Source: Candidatus Eiseniibacteriota bacterium
GTDB taxonomy: Bacteria > Eisenbacteria > RBG-16-71-46
Assembly: GCA_963717935.1 (NCBI GenBank)
Contig: CAVQXP010000002.1
Coordinates: 96,001 to 160,000 of the forward strand
Direction: 5' to 3'
DNA length: 64,000 nucleotides
Of this stretch, positions 58,595 through 64,000 are shown in pieces. Made by a program: the position numbers and the translations under genes. The notes beneath the pieces were generated by a model. It was not told the DNA's origin and ran no database searches. It worked only from the letters and a program-made list of their open reading frames with translations. Numbering within the stretch: the first letter of the stretch is position 1; each line of letters starts with the position of its first letter.

Positions 58595-61293
58595 GCGCGA
58601 AGGTCCGGGTCACCATCAACGGCCGCACGGTCGAGGTCCCGGCCGGCACGCTCGTCACCGACGCCGCGCGCGCGGCCGAGGTGCACATCCCGGTCTTCTG
58701 CTCGCACGCGAAGCTCCCGCCGCTGGGCGCCTGCCGCATCTGCCTGGTCGAGCTCGGCCTGCCGAGGAAGGACCGCGACGGAAAGCCCGTGCTGGGCGCG
58801 GACGGCAGCCCCGAGATCGCCTGGAATCCCAAGCCCCAGACCGGCTGCACCACGCCGGTGAGCGAGGGCATGGTGGTGGTGACCGACTCGCCGGCCGTGG
58901 TCAGGGCGCGCAAGGGCATCATGGAGTTCCTGCTCGTCAACCACCCGCTCGACTGCCCGGTCTGCGACGAGGGTGGCGAGTGCCAGCTCCAGGATCTGGC
59001 CTTCGCCTTCGGCGCCGACTTCTCGCGCATGAGCGACGCCAAGCGCACGTTCGTCTCCGAGAGCCTCGGCCCGGTGGTGAAGAAGGAGGCGAACCGCTGC
59101 ATCGTCTGCATGCGCTGCGTGCGCTACTGCGACGAGATCATGGGCGAGGACGCCCTCACCGCGCACCAGCGCGGCGTGCGCACCGAGATCTCCTCGTTCG
59201 ACCGCCGGCCGCTCGAGTGCGAGCAGTGCGGCAACTGCGTCGAGGTCTGCCCGGTGGGCGCGCTCACCGCGCTGCCCTACCGCTTCAAGGCCCGCCCCTG
59301 GGATCTGCGCCAGCACATCACCGTCTGCCCGTGGTGCTCGAACGGCTGCTCGGTGCGGCTGGGCGTGCGCGGCATGGAGATCCTGCGCGGGCGCGGCACG
59401 GAGCGCCGCGGCGTCAACCAGGAGTACCTGTGCGTGCGCGGGCGCTTCGGCCACGGGTTCGTGAACGACGCCGCGCGGCTGACGAGCGCGCTGGTCCGGC
59501 CCCCGGGCGGGGCCGGGTCGGAAGGCGCGCTGGAGCCGGCCTCGTTCGAGGAGGCGGTCGCCCATGCCGCGGCGCGGCTCGGGGAGATCGCCGCGCGCGA
59601 CGGCGCGGACGCCATCGCCTTCCTCGGCGGCGAGAAGCTCGGCCTCGAGGAGCAGTACCTCTTCCAGAAGCTCGCGCGCGCCGTGCTCGGCACGAACCAC
59701 GTGGACTCGCGCACGCGTCTGGTCGCGCCGCTTCCGGGCACCGCCTTCCTCAAGGCCACGGGCGGCGGGCGCCCGTCGATCTCGCTCGACGAGCTGGGCC
59801 GGACGAAGGAGGTGCTGGTCCTGGGCGACGACCTGCAGGGCGAGTCGCCGTTCCTGCAGGCCGTGCTGATCCGCGGGCAGCACCAGCAGGGCGTGCACCT
59901 GACCGTCGCGCACCCGCGGCGCGTGAAGCTGGCGCGGTCCCGGTTCGGCGGCGAGTGGCTGGGCCTCGGGCCCGGCAGCGAACTCGCGCTCCTGAACGGG
60001 CTCACGCGCGCGGCGCTCGACCTGGGCGATCCGGCGGGGCTGCCCGCCGAGGTCGCGGCCGGGCTCCCGGCGCTCCGGAGCGCGCTCGCGGCGTGGACGC
60101 CCGAGCGGGCGGCGCAGGCGACGGGCGTGCCGGCGGCGGCGATCGTCGCGACCGCCCGGCGGCTGCGCGAGGCGCCGAGCCGAGCCATCCTGTTCGGCCG
60201 TGCCTACGCCGAACACCCGCAGGCGGCCGCCCTGCTGCAGGCGGTCGAGAACCTGGGCTGGGCGACCGGCGCCCTGACGGCCGGCCGCTCGTGCGTCCTC
60301 TTCGCGGGCCCGCAGAGCGGCACGCAGGGCGCGCTCGACATGGGCCTCGCGCCCGACGTGCTCCCGGGCTACGTGCCGCTGGCCGACGCGGCCGCGCGCG
60401 CGCCGTTCGAGAAGCAGTGGAACGCGAAGCTCGGCCCGGCGCCGGGCCTGACCGCGCCCGGGATCCTCGCGGCGGCGGCCGCGGGCCGGGTGAAGGCGCT
60501 CTGGATCGTGGGTGACGAGTGGGTGAGAAGCGCTCCCGACCGCGCGCTCGTGGAGCAGGCGCTGGCGCGCGCCGAGCTGGTGATCGTGAGCGATCTGTTC
60601 CTGACCGAGACCGCGCGCCGCGCGCACGTGGTGTTCCCGGCCGTCTCCTTCGCCGAGAAGGAGGGCGTGGTCGTCAACTGCGAGCGGCGGCTTCAGCGCA
60701 CGGCGCGGGCGCTCTCGCCGCGGCGCGGGGCGAGGAGCGACGGGGAGATCTTCCAGGCGGTCGCGCGCGCGCTGGGGGCGGCCTGGTCCTACCGCACGAA
60801 CGAGGACGTCTTCCGCGAGATCGCGCGCCTGGTGCCCGGCTACGAGGGCCTCTCCTGGGCCACGCTGCTGCCGCTCGGACCGCAGTGGGCGAGCGAGCCG
60901 GCGAGGGTCGCCGCGTCGCTGCTGCCGGCGGCCGACGAACGGCCCGCGGCCGGTGACGGCCTCTGGCTGCTCTCGGGGGCCGTGCTCTTCCAGCAGGGGA
61001 GCCTCGGGCACCGCATCGAGCTGCTCGCCAGACTCGCGGGAGCGGCGTCCGCGCGCCTCCATCCGGAGGAGATCCGGCGCCTCGGCCTGGCCGCGGGCGA
61101 CGCGGTCCTGCTCGAAGGGCCGGGCGGCAGCCTGACGCTCCCGGCGGCCGTGGACGAGGGCGTGCCGCCGGGGGCCGTGTTCGTGCCCCACGCCCACCGT
61201 GACGTCGAGATCAACCGCCTCGGGAGCCCCGGGGGCGCGGGCCTGCGCGTGAAGGCGCGCAAGGCCGGTGTCGCCCTGCGGGCGGGAGTCTGA
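58591..61293 (+). CDS. nuoG: NADH-quinone oxidoreductase subunit G
   Basis: CRIC, HPLDCPVC, CIVCMRC, CEQCGNC, CPWCSNGC; molybdopterin-fold C-terminus. Confidence 0.95.
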   Translation: MSAKVRVTINGRTVEVPAGTLVTDAARAAEVHIPVFCSHAKLPPLGACRICLVELGLPRKDRDGKPVLGADGSPEIAWNPKPQTGCTTPVSEGMVVVTDSPAVVRARKGIMEFLLVNHPLDCPVCDEGGECQLQDLAFAFGADFSRMSDAKRTFVSESLGPVVKKEANRCIVCMRCVRYCDEIMGEDALTAHQRGVRTEISSFDRRPLECEQCGNCVEVCPVGALTALPYRFKARPWDLRQHITVCPWCSNGCSVRLGVRGMEILRGRGTERRGVNQEYLCVRGRFGHGFVNDAARLTSALVRPPGGAGSEGALEPASFEEAVAHAAARLGEIAARDGADAIAFLGGEKLGLEEQYLFQKLARAVLGTNHVDSRTRLVAPLPGTAFLKATGGGRPSISLDELGRTKEVLVLGDDLQGESPFLQAVLIRGQHQQGVHLTVAHPRRVKLARSRFGGEWLGLGPGSELALLNGLTRAALDLGDPAGLPAEVAAGLPALRSALAAWTPERAAQATGVPAAAIVATARRLREAPSRAILFGRAYAEHPQAAALLQAVENLGWATGALTAGRSCVLFAGPQSGTQGALDMGLAPDVLPGYVPLADAAARAPFEKQWNAKLGPAPGLTAPGILAAAAAGRVKALWIVGDEWVRSAPDRALVEQALARAELVIVSDLFLTETARRAHVVFPAVSFAEKEGVVVNCERRLQRTARALSPRRGARSDGEIFQAVARALGAAWSYRTNEDVFREIARLVPGYEGLSWATLLPLGPQWASEPARVAASLLPAADERPAAGDGLWLLSGAVLFQQGSLGHRIELLARLAGAASARLHPEEIRRLGLAAGDAVLLEGPGGSLTLPAAVDEGVPPGAVFVPHAHRDVEINRLGSPGGAGLRVKARKAGVALRAGV

Positions 61294-61298
61294 ACGGG

Positions 61299-62324
61299 AT
61301 GACCGCGTTCTTCCAGGACCCCACGGTCCAGGTCGCCTTCTGGGGGCTCGTCAAGATCCTCGTCATCCTGTTCGTCATGCTCGGGATCGTCGCCTACCTG
61401 ACGTTCTTCGAGCGCAAGATCGCCGGGCACATCCAGTCGCGGCCCGGTCCGAACCTGGTGGGCCCCCGGGGGCTCTTCCAGCCGTTCGCGGACATCCTCA
61501 AGCTCTTCCTCAAGGAGGAGTTCATCCCGGCCCGCGCGAACCGGATCCTCTTCCACGTCGCCCCGATCCTGGCGGTCGCGCCCGCGCTCACCTCGTTCGC
61601 GGTCGTGCCGATCGGGCCCAACTTCTTCGTCACCGACGTGAACGTGGGCCTGCTGGTGTTCCTCGCCATGTCGAGCCTGGGCGTCTATGCGCTGACGCTG
61701 GCCGGCTGGTCCTCGAACAACAAGTACGCGCTGCTCGGCGGCCTGCGCTCCGCGGCGCAGATGGTCTCCTACGAGCTGGCGCTGGGGCTCTCGACCATCG
61801 GCGTGATCCTGCTGGCCGGCTCGCTCTCGCTGGTGGACATCGTCCACGCGCAGAGCGGGGTCCTCCAGCTCGGGCCGCTGGCGCTGCCGCGCTGGTTCGT
61901 GTTCACGCAGCCGCTGGCGTTCGTGATCTTCCTGATCTGCGCCTTCGCCGAGACCAACCGTGCGCCCTTCGACCTGCCCGAAGGGGAGTCGGAGCTGGTG
62001 GGCGGCTTCCACACCGAGTACTCGAGCATGAAGTGGGCGATGTTCTTCCTGGGCGAGTACATGAACATGCTCACCATCTCCTCGATCACGGTGACGCTCT
62101 TCCTGGGTGGCTGGAACGGGCCGTGGCTGCCCGATTCGCTCAAGTTCCTCTGGTTCTTCGGCAAGCTCTTCGCGCTGATCTTCCTCTTCATGTGGGTGCG
62201 GTGGACGTTCCCGCGCCTGCGCTACGATCAGCTCATGGCGTTCGGCTGGAAGGTGCTGCTCCCGATCGCGCTCCTGAACGTGCTGGCGACCGGCGCGGCC
62301 GTCTACTGGGTGGGCAACCGATGA
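61299..62324 (+). CDS. nuoH: NADH-quinone oxidoreductase subunit H
   Basis: ERK...[35 protein letters not shown]. Confidence 0.97.
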   Translation: MTAFFQDPTVQVAFWGLVKILVILFVMLGIVAYLTFFERKIAGHIQSRPGPNLVGPRGLFQPFADILKLFLKEEFIPARANRILFHVAPILAVAPALTSFAVVPIGPNFFVTDVNVGLLVFLAMSSLGVYALTLAGWSSNNKYALLGGLRSAAQMVSYELALGLSTIGVILLAGSLSLVDIVHAQSGVLQLGPLALPRWFVFTQPLAFVIFLICAFAETNRAPFDLPEGESELVGGFHTEYSSMKWAMFFLGEYMNMLTISSITVTLFLGGWNGPWLPDSLKFLWFFGKLFALIFLFMWVRWTFPRLRYDQLMAFGWKVLLPIALLNVLATGAAVYWVGNR

Positions 62325-62893
62325 TCACGGTCCTGTTCGTGGCGTTCGCGGCCATCCTGGTGGTCTCGAGCCTGCTCGTCATCCTGCACCGCAGCCCGGT
62401 GGCGAGCGCGCTCTTCCTGGTGCTGGCCTTCTGCTCGCTGGCCGCCATCTACCTGCTGCTCCACGCGGAGTTCATCGGGCTCGTGCAGGTCGTGGTCTAC
62501 GCCGGCGCCATCATGGTGCTGTTCCTGTTCGTCATCATGTACCTGAACCTGGGCCACGACGTCGAGAGCGGCGTGACCCTCGTGCTGCGGCGCGGACTGG
62601 GCTGGCTGCTGGGCGCGGCGCTGGTGGCGGAGGGTGCGCTGCTGATCGCGGGCCGGCTGGCACCCGGGCCGGCCACGCCGCCGGACCTGGCGGGCGCCGC
62701 CGCGGGGCTGGGCAACACGCAGCAGGTGGGCCTGCTGCTCTACTCGCGCTACCTGTTCCCGTTCGAGATCACCTCGATCATCCTGCTGGTGGCGATGATC
62801 GGCGTGGTCGTCATCGCCCGGGGCCGGCGCGAGGAAGTCCCCGCGCCCGCCGCGGCCCCCGCACCGGAAGACGCGCCCGGGGAGGACGCATGA
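62321..62893 (+). CDS. nuoJ: NADH-quinone oxidoreductase subunit J
   Basis: [21 protein letters not shown]. Confidence 0.95.
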   Translation: MITVLFVAFAAILVVSSLLVILHRSPVASALFLVLAFCSLAAIYLLLHAEFIGLVQVVVYAGAIMVLFLFVIMYLNLGHDVESGVTLVLRRGLGWLLGAALVAEGALLIAGRLAPGPATPPDLAGAAAGLGNTQQVGLLLYSRYLFPFEITSIILLVAMIGVVVIARGRREEVPAPAAAPAPEDAPGEDA

Positions 62894-63192
62894 TCCCGCT
62901 CTCGTGGCTGCTGCTGCTGAGCGCCGTGCTGTTCTGCATCGGCGTCGTGGGCGTGCTCGTGCGGCGCAATGCGATCGTCATCTTCATGTCCATCGAGCTG
63001 ATGCTGAACGCCGCGAACCTGGCGTTCGTGGCCTTCGCGCGCCACCTGAACTCGCTCGACGGGCAGGTGTTCGTCTTCTTCGTCATGACCGTGGCGGCCG
63101 CCGAGGTGGCGGTGGGCCTGGCCATCATCGTGAACCTGTTCCGTCTGCGGGAGACCGTCTTCGTGGACGAGATCAACCTGCTGAAAGGCTAG
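62890..63192 (+). CDS. nuoK: NADH-quinone oxidoreductase subunit K
   Basis: [19 protein letters not shown]. Confidence 0.96.
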   Translation: MIPLSWLLLLSAVLFCIGVVGVLVRRNAIVIFMSIELMLNAANLAFVAFARHLNSLDGQVFVFFVMTVAAAEVAVGLAIIVNLFRLRETVFVDEINLLKG

Positions 63193-63201
63193 GCCGGCTC
63201 G

Positions 63202-64000
<799 letters not shown>

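Overview
Very GC-rich bacterial chromosomal window. The FN3/FlgD-Ig proteins and PorV-like barrel suggest a Candidatus Eisenbacteria/FCB-adjacent lineage (inference). Left to right: (1) the end of a surface-polysaccharide locus with an unusual tailoring cassette (NadE-like, AsnB-like amidotransferase, adenylating enzyme, carrier protein, SGNH-like lipoprotein, GNAT, GT4, Wzx-like flippase), followed by a REPIN-like inverted repeat; (2) DUF6165, C69 peptidase, secreted PLD and FabH; (3) a nearly complete single-locus type IV pilus cluster (pilT-B-C-A-V-W-X-M-N-O-P-Q plus pilD) with an MshEN-bearing PilB and a PilT lacking both His-box histidines; (4) a divergent FN3 / FN3-FlgD-Ig / PorV-like operon resembling a T9SS-type cargo-shuttle module; (5) prolyl oligopeptidase, MntR-MntH(USP) with a DtxR-type operator, hydrolases, acyl-CoA ligase, an M14 peptidase with the same C-terminal sorting-like domain, a heterodimeric ABC exporter and three XRE-cupin regulators; (6) etfBA directly followed by nuoA-H,J,K,L with nuoI absent. 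Six single-base frameshifts in five otherwise intact genes, including nuoD, are most likely sequencing errors. No rRNA, tRNA, CRISPR array or transposase was recognised.
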